DNA of 64,000 nucleotides from Candidatus Hydrogenedentota bacterium. Its GTDB lineage: Bacteria; Hydrogenedentota; Hydrogenedentia; Hydrogenedentales; SLHB01. The translations under genes and the position numbers were made by a program. How positions within the stretch are numbered: the first letter of the stretch is position 1; every line of letters starts with the position of its first letter. A model generated the notes under the pieces. That model saw nothing but the letters and a program-made list of their open reading frames with translations. It was not told where the DNA came from and made no database searches. This document shows, piece after piece, positions 32,417-43,800 of this stretch. The stretch is taken from contig CAVUWV010000011.1 of the NCBI GenBank assembly GCA_963745075.1, positions 1 through 64,000 on the forward strand, in the 5' to 3' direction.

Positions 32417-33564
32417 GGAAGTAGCGACTCGTAGATGTCGGACAAGGCTTCGGCGTGGGCCTTGACGCCAAACCGCTCCACGGCGCGAGTCCGTGCGCGT
32501 GCGCCGAGGTCTTCTCCGCGCGCGGGATCGCGAATCAGATCGCGGAGATTTCGGTACAGCGCCAGAAAATCGTTGGGCTGGCACAAAAGTGCGCAGTCCC
32601 CGGTCACTTCTTCGATGGCGCCGCTGAGCGAGGCAACGCACGGGACGCCACAGGCCATGGCCTCGATCAACGCCATGCCAAATTGCTCCTGCCATTCGTC
32701 CGTGGCAATGCTCGGCAGCACGAAGGCGTCGGCGTTACGGAAGACTTCGGGCATTTGGCCGTAAGCTACCGCGCCGGTAAACGTGCACGCATCGCCTACG
32801 CCCAAGCGGTCGATTAGGTTTTCGACACGGTCCCGCCCCGCGCCGGAACCGACTATTTGCAGCCGGATGCGCCGGTCCTTCAGTTCGGGATCGGCCAGCA
32901 GTTCACGCAAGGCGAGCAGGAGAAAGTCGATTCCTTTCCGTGGCACCAGCCATCCGACAAAGAGGATGCGGAATTCATCAGATTCTTCCTTGGGTTTTCC
33001 AGGCGAAAATACCTCTGCGTCGATGCCGGGGTTGATACGCGTGATGCGATTTGGCGCAATGCCTTCGACTTCGAGCGTGCGCCGGGACCGATCGGTGTAG
33101 ACGATGAAGCGGTCAGCGTTTTCCGCAACGCGTTTCTTAATGTCCCGGCGTTCGGGGTCGCGTTCCATGTTGAAGGGGATGAGATCCCACACCGTGATGG
33201 CAAGGGGGATATTGAACTGCTCGCGGGCTTTCAAGGCTTCCGCAGACCAATCGGTGAACAATTCCCAGGAATGCATGACGTCGAATCCGTTCAACCGTTC
33301 GTGAAAGGGAAGAATGCGCGGCGCACGGTCCGCGTAGCGTTCGAGAAGGATGTTCTTGACTCGGGCGATTGGAGCGCCCGCTTGTGTGTCGAAATCGATG
33401 CGTTCGATGGCGAAGCCTTCCGTACCTTCACCGCGTTCGCTGAAATGGGCCTGGATCTGTGAATTCGCGCGAAAGGCCGTGATGGTAGGTTCGCCGCGCA
33501 GCCGCCGAAACCCTTGCAGGTGCCACGCGTTGTACCGGTTGCCCATGAGCAACGCCAGCTTCAC
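32413..33564 (-). CDS. Glycosyltransferase family 4
   Basis: [33 protein letters not shown]. Confidence 0.92.
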   Translation of the reverse strand: MKLALLMGNRYNAWHLQGFRRLRGEPTITAFRANSQIQAHFSERGEGTEGFAIERIDFDTQAGAPIARVKNILLERYADRAPRILPFHERLNGFDVMHSWELFTDWSAEALKAREQFNIPLAITVWDLIPFNMERDPERRDIKKRVAENADRFIVYTDRSRRTLEVEGIAPNRITRINPGIDAEVFSPGKPKEESDEFRILFVGWLVPRKGIDFLLLALRELLADPELKDRRIRLQIVGSGAGRDRVENLIDRLGVGDACTFTGAVAYGQMPEVFRNADAFVLPSIATDEWQEQFGMALIEAMACGVPCVASLSGAIEEVTGDCALLCQPNDFLALYRNLRDLIRDPARGEDLGARARTRAVERFGVKAHAEALSDIYESLLP

Positions 33565-34085
33565 GCGTCCTCCCCCCAGAAGTGCTTGATTAAGACTTCA
33601 CGTGCCGCTTCACGATCCTTCGGGATGTCGATGTGCGCCGCTAAGGCCTTCTGCTCCAATTCGTCCAAGGTGCAAATGACGCGCGCGGGATTGCCCGCTA
33701 CGACGGTGCTGGGTTCCACATCTCGGGTCACCACGCTGCCCGCACCGACGACGGCGTTTGGGCCGATGGTAACGTTAGGCAGGATGATGGCGTTGACGCC
33801 GATGTGGACGTTGTCTTTTACTTCGATTTTGCCGAAACTCGTGAGCGTCTCGTACTTGTCCTGAAAGGTCCAGTTGGAATTGTGGGTGATGAACACGACG
33901 TCGTGGGAGATGCCGACGTGGCTGCCGATGCGGATGAGCCACGGTTCCGAACCGAATTTGGTTGTGTACACGCGGCTGCGTTCGCCAACCTGAATGCCCA
34001 TTTCGCGCAAGGTGCGGCGGATGGTTTCGTCGGAGCCGTAGCGTAGTTTAAGTTTCTGAATGACCCGCCGTATCTCGCCCATCAT
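33561..34085 (-). CDS. Hexapeptide-repeat acyltransferase
   Basis: [37 protein letters not shown]...VAGNPARVI. Confidence 0.9.
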   Translation of the reverse strand: MMGEIRRVIQKLKLRYGSDETIRRTLREMGIQVGERSRVYTTKFGSEPWLIRIGSHVGISHDVVFITHNSNWTFQDKYETLTSFGKIEVKDNVHIGVNAIILPNVTIGPNAVVGAGSVVTRDVEPSTVVAGNPARVICTLDELEQKALAAHIDIPKDREAAREVLIKHFWGEDA

Positions 34086-34828
34086 GGTTCCATCTTCCAA
34101 AAGCCGTGGAGGCTCGCCCCCGGCCATGCTTTCACGATGCGGGGTCCCGCCCACGCGGCCAGCCGTTGCAACCGGAACTGGATCGCCTCGGGCATCCCCG
34201 GATGGTCGATCCAGGGGAACACTCCCAACCCCGCTTCGGGCCCATGTCCGATCCGCCGGATTCGCGTAAATCCCGCGCTGCCATACAATCGCCGCACCTG
34301 TGCGCCGGTCAACGGTTGCTCCAACTCCTGCGGTTGCCAGCGCCGGAAGGGCGCCCACGTGTCTTTGGCGTATCCGCCAAAGGTCTCGCATGCCCATTTT
34401 ACGAGACCCGCCACATTGCCGTAGTTGGGCGCGGACAGGAACATGAATCCATTGCCACGCACCACGCGCCGGAACTCCCGAGCCGCCGCTGCGCCGTCCG
34501 GGATGTGTTCGAAGGCATCAATGCACAATACACCATCGAAGCGCGCGTCGGGAAACGGCAGGTGCGTGGCGTCTCCGAGGGCAAAGGGGTAACCGGAGCC
34601 GGAACGCACGAGATCGACGCCCGTGTACCTGCCGCCGCGCGCGCGGATGAAGTCGCCCGTGAACCCGCGCCCGCACCCCACGTCGAGGATATGCTTGCCA
34701 TGGAGGTCGATGTTCAATGCGCGAAACACCGATTCAAACAGCGCTTCGTTGATGCCATCCACGCCGCCGAACGGCGAACTCACCATAAGTGGGTTGTTCT
34801 CGTAGAACTCCTGGATGGCGCGCTTCAT
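34082..34828 (-). CDS. Class I SAM-dependent methyltransferase
   Basis: [33 protein letters not shown] overlaps at both ends. Confidence 0.9.
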   Translation of the reverse strand: MKRAIQEFYENNPLMVSSPFGGVDGINEALFESVFRALNIDLHGKHILDVGCGRGFTGDFIRARGGRYTGVDLVRSGSGYPFALGDATHLPFPDARFDGVLCIDAFEHIPDGAAAAREFRRVVRGNGFMFLSAPNYGNVAGLVKWACETFGGYAKDTWAPFRRWQPQELEQPLTGAQVRRLYGSAGFTRIRRIGHGPEAGLGVFPWIDHPGMPEAIQFRLQRLAAWAGPRIVKAWPGASLHGFWKMEP

Positions 34829-35706
34829 CGCAAAAACTCCCGGCCGAAACGGCTGCCGGCGAATACGCCCAAGGGGCGAACCATGGGGAACAGGAGCGCG
34901 GCAGGGTTCCGCAAGCTTCCCCGCGCTAGTTCGCGGAGCCACGCTCGGTACTTGCCGGGACTCACCAGATCGCGCGCAAGATCGCCTGCGGTATATTCGC
35001 AGCCGAGCGCGGCGAGCCCCATGCCTTCGTTGCGGCAGCGTTTGTACAGCGGTCCCAGCGTGTACGTGTGGTGATGCAGGACGGGCGCGTCATCGGGGAA
35101 TGCGATGCGCAGTCCCTCTTTGTTCAACTTGGTCTGAAACAAAAAATCTTCGCCGATGGATTGCTCGCCGAAACGCAAGCGTTCCCACACGGACCAGCGT
35201 ATGGCGGAATTCGCGTTGGATAACCCGCGCCCGTAGCGCTCCCGGAATTTGCCCATTTCCGCGGTGAAATAGAACCATCCGTTCCGTTCCCAGGGAAATT
35301 GGGAGAAGCTGCGATCGGGATCCGGAATGGATCGGCCACAGGTTGCCGCCACTTCGGGGTCGCCAAGCGGCGCCACGAGGTTTTCCAGCCAGCGCGGATG
35401 GGCGGGTATGGCATCCTGAGACAAGCACACGACGATCGCGCCTCGGCTTTTCTCGAAAACCCGGTCGCGGGTACGGCCGAAATTGAAGGACTCGGATGGA
35501 ATGGTATCCACGCGTGCGCCGAACTCGCGCAGCGTATCCAGCGTGCCGTCTGAAGAGCCCGAGTCTACGGCAACAATCTCGACGGTACGGTCGGTTTTCT
35601 GATCGCGCACCGCCTGAAGCAACCGCCGCAGCAACAAGCCGGCGTTGTGAGTCAGAAGCGTCACGCTCACGTCGGATTGACTGTCGATATCGAGCTTCCC
35701 CTGCAT
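34825..35706 (-). CDS. Glycosyltransferase family 2 (rhamnosyltransferase-like)
   Basis: VDSGSSDGT, FNFGRTR, LSQDA, SNANSAIR, GED. Confidence 0.88.
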   Translation of the reverse strand: MQGKLDIDSQSDVSVTLLTHNAGLLLRRLLQAVRDQKTDRTVEIVAVDSGSSDGTLDTLREFGARVDTIPSESFNFGRTRDRVFEKSRGAIVVCLSQDAIPAHPRWLENLVAPLGDPEVAATCGRSIPDPDRSFSQFPWERNGWFYFTAEMGKFRERYGRGLSNANSAIRWSVWERLRFGEQSIGEDFLFQTKLNKEGLRIAFPDDAPVLHHHTYTLGPLYKRCRNEGMGLAALGCEYTAGDLARDLVSPGKYRAWLRELARGSLRNPAALLFPMVRPLGVFAGSRFGREFLR

Positions 35707-35712
35707 TGCCGC

Positions 35713-36637
35713 TCACTTCACCAGGTACTCGAACACCGCCTGCAAGTTGTCGTCGGGGGAATGGACGCTTTCCACGCTCACCGCGCCGTCGGCGATCAAC
35801 TTGGTGAGGCGGTCATAGAAGGTATTGGGGTCGCGCGTGGTAATGGCGAGACCGCCGCCGTCTTCGTCGAAGCCGATGGTGACAATGTGCGGCTCGTCCA
35901 CGAACCTGGCCGCAACCTGCCGCGCATGGTTGCACCGGATGGATACGGAATGAGGATGGGCATCGATTAACGCGCGAACCTGATGCACGTCGCCGTGGGC
36001 GAGGACGCGTCCGCGGTGGAGCAGAACGATATTCGCGGTGACGCGTTCAATCTCGTAGAGGATGTGACTGGACACGATGACGGTTTTGCCTTCGCGGCCG
36101 AGGGTTCGGATAAGTTCGAAAATGGCGTGCCGGCCCAACGGGTCGAGGCCGGTCATCGGTTCGTCGAGGAACAGGACCTCGGGGTCGTGGGCGAAGCACT
36201 GGGCCAGCTTGACACGTTGGCGCATGCCCCGGCTGTAGGTGGCGATCCGGTCGTGCATGCGGGCCGGTCATGGCGACCCGTTCGAGGCTTTCCTGGGCGG
36301 CCTTGCGAGCGGCCCTGGCGGAGAACCCGACGCAGCGCGTCAGCCAGTAGACGAACTCGAAGCCGGTCATGTCTTCGTAGTAGTTCTCGCGATCCGGGCA
36401 GAGTCCGACGCGCCGGAGGAGGCGGTAGTTGCACCAGACCGGTTCGCCGAAGATTCGGACGGTCCCCTGGCTGGGCCGGATTTGCGAGGTGCACAGGCCC
36501 ATGAACGTCGACTTGCCGGCGCCGTTAGGGCCGAGCAATCCCGTGATCCCCGCACCGATTTCCAGGTCGACTTTGTTCAACGCAACGACTTCGCCGTACC
36601 AGCGGGAGACGTCGCAAAACGCGATAGTGGTATTCAC
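35713..36637 (-). CDS. ABC transporter ATP-binding protein (frameshift at ~36262)
   Basis: GTG at 36637; Walker [10 protein letters not shown] in the frame of ORF 36047..37093; signature [14 protein letters not shown] and SSH in ORF 35713..36258. Confidence 0.88.
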
Positions 36638-37512
36638 GACCCGATCTCCACATTGCGAATCCGTCGCAGTACGATAAGCGCGCACAAGATCGAGAAGAGG
36701 ATTAAACCCGCGACGACGTAGCCCCAGGGCAAGGTGATGCGCGTGCGGCTGTCGAACAACACGTCGCCGAGATAGACGAGCGATCGAATCAGGCTGAGGC
36801 AGCGGAGGTTGTAGCTGCGCAGGATCTCGGCGAGGGCGTTGGCGAAGGCGCCGTTCATGAAGACGAGCGCGCAGGCGATCACCGAGGCGAAGCCGGTTGT
36901 CTTGCTCACGGCGGAGCAGGTCATGGTGAGCAACGCCACGGGAACGACAATGGCCAGCGACAGTCCCAGGCACGCGAACGGTACCCAGTACAAGTCCCGG
37001 ACGAAATCGACGGCCGTGGACGGCGAGAACATCAGATGCAGTAGAAAGAGCACAAGGGAAAGTCCCGCCGTGAGGCACAGCGGCACGTAGCACACGGCGG
37101 CAAGTTTGCCGAAGAAGTAATCAAGCTTCCCCAGAGGCTTCGCGAAATAGACCTCGAGCAAGTTGTTGCGGGCGTCGTTGCAGATGGAACCTGCGCCGAC
37201 GAGGAGACTAAACACGAACGCGAAGGGCGTGGCCATAGACACGTAGACCCGGAAGAATCGCGCGTCAACGTTCGTGAACTGCACCTGTTGCACCACGGAA
37301 CGCAGCAGCATGCTGGGATTGGTCGTCATGAGGTCGGTGACCACGAGCAGGAAAAGGCAGATGAGAAAGGGCAGCGCGCTGAGCATGAGCAGGCGGCGGT
37401 AGAGGCGCGACGTGCGCGCCACGCGCAATTCCTGGGCGGCAACGGCTAGCCACCGTGCACGGCCCCCGAAGCGGGCTTCCCAGGGTTTGTAGGTTTGGGT
37501 ATAGATGGGCAT
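36634..37512 (-). CDS. ABC-2 type transporter permease
   Basis: About 6 hydrophobic segments; GSICNDARNNLLEVYFAKPLGKLDYFFGK; lies between two ABC ATPases. Confidence 0.85.
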   Translation of the reverse strand: MPIYTQTYKPWEARFGGRARWLAVAAQELRVARTSRLYRRLLMLSALPFLICLFLLVVTDLMTTNPSMLLRSVVQQVQFTNVDARFFRVYVSMATPFAFVFSLLVGAGSICNDARNNLLEVYFAKPLGKLDYFFGKLAAVCYVPLCLTAGLSLVLFLLHLMFSPSTAVDFVRDLYWVPFACLGLSLAIVVPVALLTMTCSAVSKTTGFASVIACALVFMNGAFANALAEILRSYNLRCLSLIRSLVYLGDVLFDSRTRITLPWGYVVAGLILFSILCALIVLRRIRNVEIGS

Positions 37513-37515
37513 CGC

Positions 37516-38448
37516 TCAACCGCTTCCCGTCATGGCGTGGACGAAGACGTCCTCGAGCCGGTTCTGGACCGGGGCAAACTCGCGTACTTGCACGTCCATC
37601 GATTGTGCGAGGCGGAAGATGTCGCGACGCATGGTCGCTTCCGTCATGGCGACGGTGATGGCGCCGTCCTCAGCCAGTGCGGTTTCGAAACCTTGGCCGG
37701 CGAGCGCGTCCGCGAACCGGTCGGCGTGTTCCCGGACACGAATGCGGAACTGCGCGCCCTGTTCGCCGGCCATTTCCTTGATGACACCCTGCTGCAAGAC
37801 CTTGCCTTGGCTCAGCAGGACGACCCGCTCGCAGACTCGTTCCACGTCGGGCAAGAGATGGGAGGACAAGATGATCGCCACGTCCTGCTGTCGCGCGATG
37901 TCACGGATGAGGTCGAGCATGGCCACGCGGCCCACGGGATCGAGCCCGTTGGTGGGCTCGTCGAGAAAGAGAAGTTTCGGGTCGTGGACCAGCGCTTGGG
38001 CAAGTTTCGCCCGTTGCCGCATGCCGGTCGAATAGGTTTCCATCGTGCGGTAGCGCTCCTCGCCGAAGCCGATGTAGTTGAGCACTTCGTGGGTCCGTTG
38101 CAGGGCGTCGCGGTAGCGCATTCCCGCAAGACATCCGCAGTAAGCGACAAACGAGACCGCACTTAACTTGGGCGAAGTCACGTCGCGCTCGGGCATGTAG
38201 CCGACCATGCGGCGGAGCGACCGCTTACCCGCACGTTCCCCGAGCAGGTGCGCCGTGCCGCGGACGGGCCTGCAGAAGCCGAGCAGGGTTTTGAGCAGCG
38301 TGCTCTTGCCCGCGCCGTTGGGGCCGAGCAGTCCGACAATTCCCGGTTCGAGGGCGAGCGAGACGTCGTCGAGCGCCACGTGCCGTCCGTACCGCACGGT
38401 GACGGACTCGGTCTGCACGATCGGTTTGCCGATTTTGGCGCCGGTCAT
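37516..38448 (-). CDS. ABC transporter ATP-binding protein
   Basis: [34 protein letters not shown]. Confidence 0.93.
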   Translation of the reverse strand: MTGAKIGKPIVQTESVTVRYGRHVALDDVSLALEPGIVGLLGPNGAGKSTLLKTLLGFCRPVRGTAHLLGERAGKRSLRRMVGYMPERDVTSPKLSAVSFVAYCGCLAGMRYRDALQRTHEVLNYIGFGEERYRTMETYSTGMRQRAKLAQALVHDPKLLFLDEPTNGLDPVGRVAMLDLIRDIARQQDVAIILSSHLLPDVERVCERVVLLSQGKVLQQGVIKEMAGEQGAQFRIRVREHADRFADALAGQGFETALAEDGAITVAMTEATMRRDIFRLAQSMDVQVREFAPVQNRLEDVFVHAMTGSG

Positions 38449-38453
38449 GGGGA

Positions 38454-39350
38454 TCAGTCCTTGGGCTCGATGTGGATGAGCACATCGCGCACGCTGGGGT
38501 TGGCGTCGCGCACGGCATCCTTCACACGGTGGGCCACGTCGTGTCCGTCACGCACGGACATGTCGCCGTCGACTTCCACGTGGAGATCGACGAAGTAGTC
38601 GAACCCCATCTTGCGTACGGTGCAGGTATCAAGCGATTTGACACCTCGAACGCCCGCCGCTACATGCCGCACTTCCCTCTCTATCGCAGGGTCCGGCGCC
38701 ATATCCATGATCTCTCCCAGCGCCGGGCGCAACAGGCGAAAGCCATTGAAGGCAATAATGCCGCATGCAAACAAGGCGGCCCAATCGTCGGCCGCCTCGT
38801 AGCCCTTGCCACCGACGAGGGCGACGGAGATGCCGACGAAGGCTGCCAGCGAGGTCAAGGCGTCGCTTCGATGGTGCCAAGCGTCCGAACGGACGGCGGT
38901 ACTCTTGATGGCATGACCCACCCGACTGATGACGCGAAACATGGTTTCCTTCGTCGCGACGACCAAGACCAATACGACCAGGGTAAAGGCCGCGGGGGCA
39001 TGGTGCGGATGATGAATTTCGCGGATACTCTCTACAGCGATGACCGTGGCGCCCGCGAGCAGACCGAGGGACACGACAATCGCGGCGAGCGGTTCGGCTT
39101 TCCCGTGACCGTAGGGGTGATCCTCATCTGGAGGCACGGCGGCGATTTTCAATCCGCCCCAAACCACAAGGGATTGGAAGACGTCCATACCCGACTCGAT
39201 GGCGTCCGCAATCAGCGCGTAGGAATTGCCGAGCACTCCGGCGATGCCTTTGATGGCGGAGAGGGCGGCGTTGATGATAACGCCGAGAAATACCCATCGC
39301 GCGCCCTGCAACGCGGGGTGATCGGTTGGTCTGGTGTCGAGAGTAGCCAT
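38454..39350 (-). CDS. Cation diffusion facilitator (FieF-like) transporter
   Basis: NSYALIADAIES, HPYGHGKAEP, DAWHHRSDA, VLIHIEP. Confidence 0.93.
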   Translation of the reverse strand: MATLDTRPTDHPALQGARWVFLGVIINAALSAIKGIAGVLGNSYALIADAIESGMDVFQSLVVWGGLKIAAVPPDEDHPYGHGKAEPLAAIVVSLGLLAGATVIAVESIREIHHPHHAPAAFTLVVLVLVVATKETMFRVISRVGHAIKSTAVRSDAWHHRSDALTSLAAFVGISVALVGGKGYEAADDWAALFACGIIAFNGFRLLRPALGEIMDMAPDPAIEREVRHVAAGVRGVKSLDTCTVRKMGFDYFVDLHVEVDGDMSVRDGHDVAHRVKDAVRDANPSVRDVLIHIEPKD

Positions 39351-39457
39351 TGTCCGGTAGCTTTGCTTCCCAAGCCTATTGCGCCGAAACGTATGGTAAC
39401 GGATGGAGGCAGACGGTATCCAAAGACAAGCGGCCGCACCCCAAGGAGGTTAAGTGG

Positions 39458-40418
39458 TTACTTGCGGACTTCGACGACGAGGAAGGGGTTGAAACAGGAA
39501 CGGCGGAGGGGGGCGGGCATGTTTTCGACGTAGTTCACGATGGCTCCTTTGAAGAGCCGCAACAGGTCGAGGGAGCCAGTGCGTTTGAATGCGAAGTAGT
39601 GTTTGAGCGGCAGGGCTTCAGCGGCAGTGGCGCCGTTGTCCACACGGAATAGCCGGCGCAATTCGCCGAAGGAAAAGAGGTGATACTTCCCGAAAGGCTT
39701 GTGCAGGGTCAGGCCGTAACGGTCGAAGATGTAGCGGCGAAACCGCATGGCGCCCTCGGGCGTGGCGTCATCGGTGGGTTCGTGATGGATATCGATGGGG
39801 AAAGACTTGTTGGGGCAGGTCACGAGCAGGCGCCCGCCGGGTTTCGTGACGCGAAGCATCTCTTTCGCAAAGGCAATGCGGGTTTCGCGGTAGTCATCGG
39901 CAAGCGTGTAGTGGCCGACCTTCGTGCCGATGTGTTCGATCGTGCCGAGGGTGTACACGGCGTCGAAGTAGTCGTCCGGAAACGGCATGGATGCGCCGTC
40001 GCCAAGGAGGAAATGGCGCGGGTCGTTGCCGATGCGTTGCCAGAACTTCGCCAGGCACGGGATGTCGAGGCCATATGCGTCGTAGCCCTCCTCTGCAAAG
40101 AACCGAATCCCCATGCCAACACCGCAACCGACTTCGAGCACGCGCCGTGCCGACTCCCGATCCACCCACGGCTTCAGGAACTCGTCGTAGAAACGCCGCC
40201 ACGAGGCCTGCTGTTCTTCCGCGTAGTCTTCGCTGGTGGACTCCATATCGTAAAAGGCGGGGTCCAGCGTAAAATCGAAATAGCCTTGCGGGTTCGGCGC
40301 ATAGGACTGGCCGGTTTTGGCGCAAAACAACGAACCCTCGCGGACGTTCCAGCTTCGCGTGGGTACGCGGGCACACCAGCACGCCGGAGAAGGCTTCCGC
40401 GGGAGACGAGGCGGTCAT
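39458..40418 (-). CDS. Class I SAM-dependent methyltransferase with a Trm112-like N-terminus (frameshift at ~40343)
   Basis: VLVCPRTHAKLER from ATG 40418 joins LFCAKTGQSY...YFDF; VLEVGCGVG, GDGASMPFPDDYFD, RVTKPGG. Confidence 0.85.
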
Positions 40419-40942
40419 GACTGGAGCCGGACCTGCAATTCGCGCAGGCCGATGATGGTCTTGGCGTCATCAAATTCGCAACGCGCGAGGCGGTCGTTCA
40501 ATTCGGCAATCGGGATTTCGACGATCTCAACGCGCTCGTCTTCTTCTAGACGCTGTTCGGTCTTCGTGAGGTCGAAGGCCAGGTAGATCTCGTCCCGCTC
40601 GTTCGTGAATCCCGGCGAGCAGTAACACGAGGCCACATGCACGAGCCGCCCTGCGCGATAGCCGCATTCCTCTTCCAGTTCGGTGTGGGCGCGGTGTTCG
40701 GGCGTGTCGTCGGGTTCCAGGCGGCCCGCCGGAATCTCGAGGACTTCCGCGTCGATAGCCGCGCGAAACTGTCGCACCAGGATCACCCGGTCGTCCAGCA
40801 CCGGCACCACCCCGACGCCGCCGCCGTGTTCGACGATTTCCCGGTAGGCTTCCGTGCCGTCATCAAGCCGGACGCGGCCGGTGCGCACGCGAATGATGGG
40901 GCCGTCATGAACGAGTTCGGAATGGAGCCAGGTTTCTTTCAC
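40415..40942 (-). CDS. NUDIX hydrolase (ADP-ribose pyrophosphatase-like)
   Basis: REIVEHGGG, VRQFR, EIPAGRLE...AHTELEEECGY, SPGFTNE, DAKT. Confidence 0.92.
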   Translation of the reverse strand: MKETWLHSELVHDGPIIRVRTGRVRLDDGTEAYREIVEHGGGVGVVPVLDDRVILVRQFRAAIDAEVLEIPAGRLEPDDTPEHRAHTELEEECGYRAGRLVHVASCYCSPGFTNERDEIYLAFDLTKTEQRLEEDERVEIVEIPIAELNDRLARCEFDDAKTIIGLRELQVRLQS

Positions 40943-41066
40943 GGGGCTGGAGTTCCTTTGGACCGTTTTCGACGCACTTTACGGGGATGAGGCAACAGAT
41001 GCAACCCGTGGCGGATATTCGTGGCATAATACACCGACGTGCAATTGGAGACTGTCAAACGGTGCA

Positions 41067-42647
41067 ATGCCTATGCCGCGCTTCCTGCTAATTGGTTTGG
41101 ATGGAATGGAGCCTTTCCTCGCGGAGCGGTGGATGGATGAGGGCCGCCTCCCGCATCTTGCCGCCCTGCGTGAAACGGGCGCGTACATGCGGTGCGCGAG
41201 CGTCGATCCGCCAGTGACCTATCCTGCCTGGACGACCTGCGTGACGGGCGTGAACCCGGGACGCCACGGAATCTTCGATTTCACCGAGATGACGCGCGGC
41301 GCCTACGGTCTGCGCTTCGTCAACAGCTCCCATCGGCGTGCGCCCGCGCTCTGGAACATTCTGTCCGAGGCGGGAAAGCACGTGGGTGTACTGGGCGTAC
41401 CGGGGACGTATCCGCCGGAAGAAGTGACCGGTTTTATGGTTTCGGGTTTCGACTCGCCGGTGGCCACGGCCGTGGATCGTTCCTTCGTGTATCCGCCTGA
41501 ATTGTACGAATCCGTTAGGGAGTGGCGTTTCGCCGATTTCCAGGAACACGACATCGGCGAACGGTGGCACGACACGGCATTGCAGCGATTGCTGGACAAG
41601 GTTGCCGTGAAAGAGTCCATCGCCATCGAATTGTTGCAGCGCGAGGCCTGGGACTTCTTCATGGTCGTCTTCGGCGAGTCGGATACCGTGTCCCACCACT
41701 TCTGGATGTTCCACGATCCCAATTCCCCGCGACATCGGACGGGGCACGAAACGGCGATACGCGAGGTATATGAGCGGCTGGACGCTGCGGTGGGAAGACT
41801 CGTCGATGCGGCGGGTGACAATGTGACAATTGGCATCTGTTCGGATCACGGTTTTGGCGGTGCGGGCACGGGCGTCGTTCATCTGAATAATTGGCTTGCG
41901 GAAAACGGCTATCTCCGTTTCATTCCGGCGCGGGAGAGCTTGTTGAAAAGTCTCGCATTGCGATACACGCCGCAACGGCTACGAGGAACACTTTTCCGCT
42001 CGCTAAGAGGACTGGCGACCAAAGCGGAAAGCCATTCCCGTTTCGCCGGAATCGACTGGGATCGCACGACGGCTTTTTCAGAGGAGTTGAATTACTTTCC
42101 GTCCATTCGCATCAACCTGCGCGGGCGGGAGACTAAGGGTCATGTGGCGCCGGAAGATTACGACGCCTTTTGCAGGGGCCTGTGCGCCAAGCTGGAGGCG
42201 TGGGAACCCATTCGGAAGGCATGGCGACGTGAGGAACTTTACGATGGCCCCTATGTGGACCGCGCGCCGGACATCATCGTCGAGCTGGCGCTTGAGAACG
42301 GCTACTCGCACTCCTGCCTGCGGAGCCGGGGTGGACCCTCGTTTCGGCGGATTGGCCCGGATGAATACCTGGGCGGAAAGGAACGGGGAATGAACGGCAA
42401 CCATCGTCCGACGGGCGTGCTGTTCCTTTCAAAGCCGACGGTCTCCGGCGCAGCGCGGTTGGAAGATGTTGCGCCGACGGTGCTTGCGGAGATCGGGGTG
42501 CCCTCCCCGCCGATGGACGGTACCAGCCTGCTCGATGCGCCACTTGAGAGCGACGCGTGGGATGTGCCCTGCGATTCCCGCGTCTACACTCCGGCGGAAA
42601 CGGAGGTCGTTGAACGACGGTTGCGCGACTTGGGATACTTCGAGTAA
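41067..42647 (+). CDS. Alkaline-phosphatase-superfamily (type I phosphodiesterase/nucleotide pyrophosphatase) protein
   Basis: IGLDG, PPVTYPAWTTCVTGVNPGRHGIFDF, DTVSHHFW, SDHGFG, GNHRPTG, C-terminal RLRDLGY. Confidence 0.9.
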   Translation: MPMPRFLLIGLDGMEPFLAERWMDEGRLPHLAALRETGAYMRCASVDPPVTYPAWTTCVTGVNPGRHGIFDFTEMTRGAYGLRFVNSSHRRAPALWNILSEAGKHVGVLGVPGTYPPEEVTGFMVSGFDSPVATAVDRSFVYPPELYESVREWRFADFQEHDIGERWHDTALQRLLDKVAVKESIAIELLQREAWDFFMVVFGESDTVSHHFWMFHDPNSPRHRTGHETAIREVYERLDAAVGRLVDAAGDNVTIGICSDHGFGGAGTGVVHLNNWLAENGYLRFIPARESLLKSLALRYTPQRLRGTLFRSLRGLATKAESHSRFAGIDWDRTTAFSEELNYFPSIRINLRGRETKGHVAPEDYDAFCRGLCAKLEAWEPIRKAWRREELYDGPYVDRAPDIIVELALENGYSHSCLRSRGGPSFRRIGPDEYLGGKERGMNGNHRPTGVLFLSKPTVSGAARLEDVAPTVLAEIGVPSPPMDGTSLLDAPLESDAWDVPCDSRVYTPAETEVVERRLRDLGYFE

Positions 42648-43789
42648 TGCGAGTCGCCATCGTCAGCGCCTGTCCCTTTCCCGTGCCGCAAGGGTCGCAG
42701 GTCTTTTTGAAAGACACGGCCGAGGCCCTCCGGGACGATGGGCATGAGGTGCACCTGGTCGTTTACGGATACGGCGACGGCACCGCCGTAGACGGTCTGC
42801 ACGTGCACCGATCCTGGCGGTTGCCGGGATCGAAACGTACCAAGGCGGGTCCGTCGTGGACTAAGCCGCTGTACGATATCGCGCTGATCGGCACGTTGCG
42901 ACGCGTCGTGCGGGAGTACCGCATCGACGTGGTTCAGGCGCACAATTACGAAGGGCTGCTTGTGGCCCTTGCGGCACGGGTAAGACCGGTGGTGTACCAG
43001 GCCCACAACGCCATGGCTGATGAACTGCCCCACTACGCGGGCTTCGAGCGATTCGGCAAATGGCTCGGTGGCTGGCTGGACTGTCGTTTTCCCCGCCGCG
43101 CGTCGCAGATCGTCGTGCCCCACGCTGGACTGGCCGAGTACCTTATCGCCAACGGCTGCGCGCCGGGAAAGGTTTCGGTGCTCGCGCCGCCCGCGATGAC
43201 GGACTGGTTTGAACCGGAGGAACCCGGTGACGCGCTGCCGCCCCTGCTGTACACGGGCAATCTGGATGTGTACCAGAACGTCGCGTTTCTCGAATACGTT
43301 CTCGCGCGTGTGCGCGACACGGTCCCAGCGGCCCGCCTCACGCTGGCCACGCGGGACCGCGTGCCCTTCGACGGCGCCGAGACGGTCCCGGCGACGGATT
43401 TTGGGAGCCTGCGTGCATTGCTGGCGCGGGACGCGGTTGTGGTGTGTCCGCGCGTGTCGTGGTCGGGATATCCCATTAAATTGCTGAATGCCATGGCGGC
43501 GGGGAAGGCGATTGTGGCCTGTCGCAGCGCGGCCCATCCGCTCGAACATGAGCGCACCGGGATCATCGTCGACGACAACGACGAAGCCGGATTCGCCGAC
43601 GCGATCCTTCGCTTGTTGCAGGATTCGCGGGAGCGCAAACGATTGGGCGATGCTGCGCGGGAGGCGGTTCGGGAGCGGCACAGTCCGGCGAATTTCGCGA
43701 ACTCGTTGGAACGGATTTTCAATCGGGCGGTCCGGAATTACGCCCTGGCCCAGCCCCGTGTGGCGACCAGTGACATTCCTCTCGCGTAA
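42647..43789 (+). CDS. Glycosyltransferase family 4
   Basis: ACPFPVPQGS, AHNYEG, YTGNLD, GYPIKLLNAMAAGKAIVA. Confidence 0.88.
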   Translation: MRVAIVSACPFPVPQGSQVFLKDTAEALRDDGHEVHLVVYGYGDGTAVDGLHVHRSWRLPGSKRTKAGPSWTKPLYDIALIGTLRRVVREYRIDVVQAHNYEGLLVALAARVRPVVYQAHNAMADELPHYAGFERFGKWLGGWLDCRFPRRASQIVVPHAGLAEYLIANGCAPGKVSVLAPPAMTDWFEPEEPGDALPPLLYTGNLDVYQNVAFLEYVLARVRDTVPAARLTLATRDRVPFDGAETVPATDFGSLRALLARDAVVVCPRVSWSGYPIKLLNAMAAGKAIVACRSAAHPLEHERTGIIVDDNDEAGFADAILRLLQDSRERKRLGDAAREAVRERHSPANFANSLERIFNRAVRNYALAQPRVATSDIPLA

Positions 43790-43800
43790 GGAGAGCGATT

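Noticed and set aside
32417..32695. N-terminal extensions in the ORF track (GT9, acyltransferase, methyltransferase, peptidase E, GNAT 47828)
   Set aside because: They mostly overlap upstream genes in another frame or lack protein-like sequence; internal starts with ATGA coupling or an RBS fit better.
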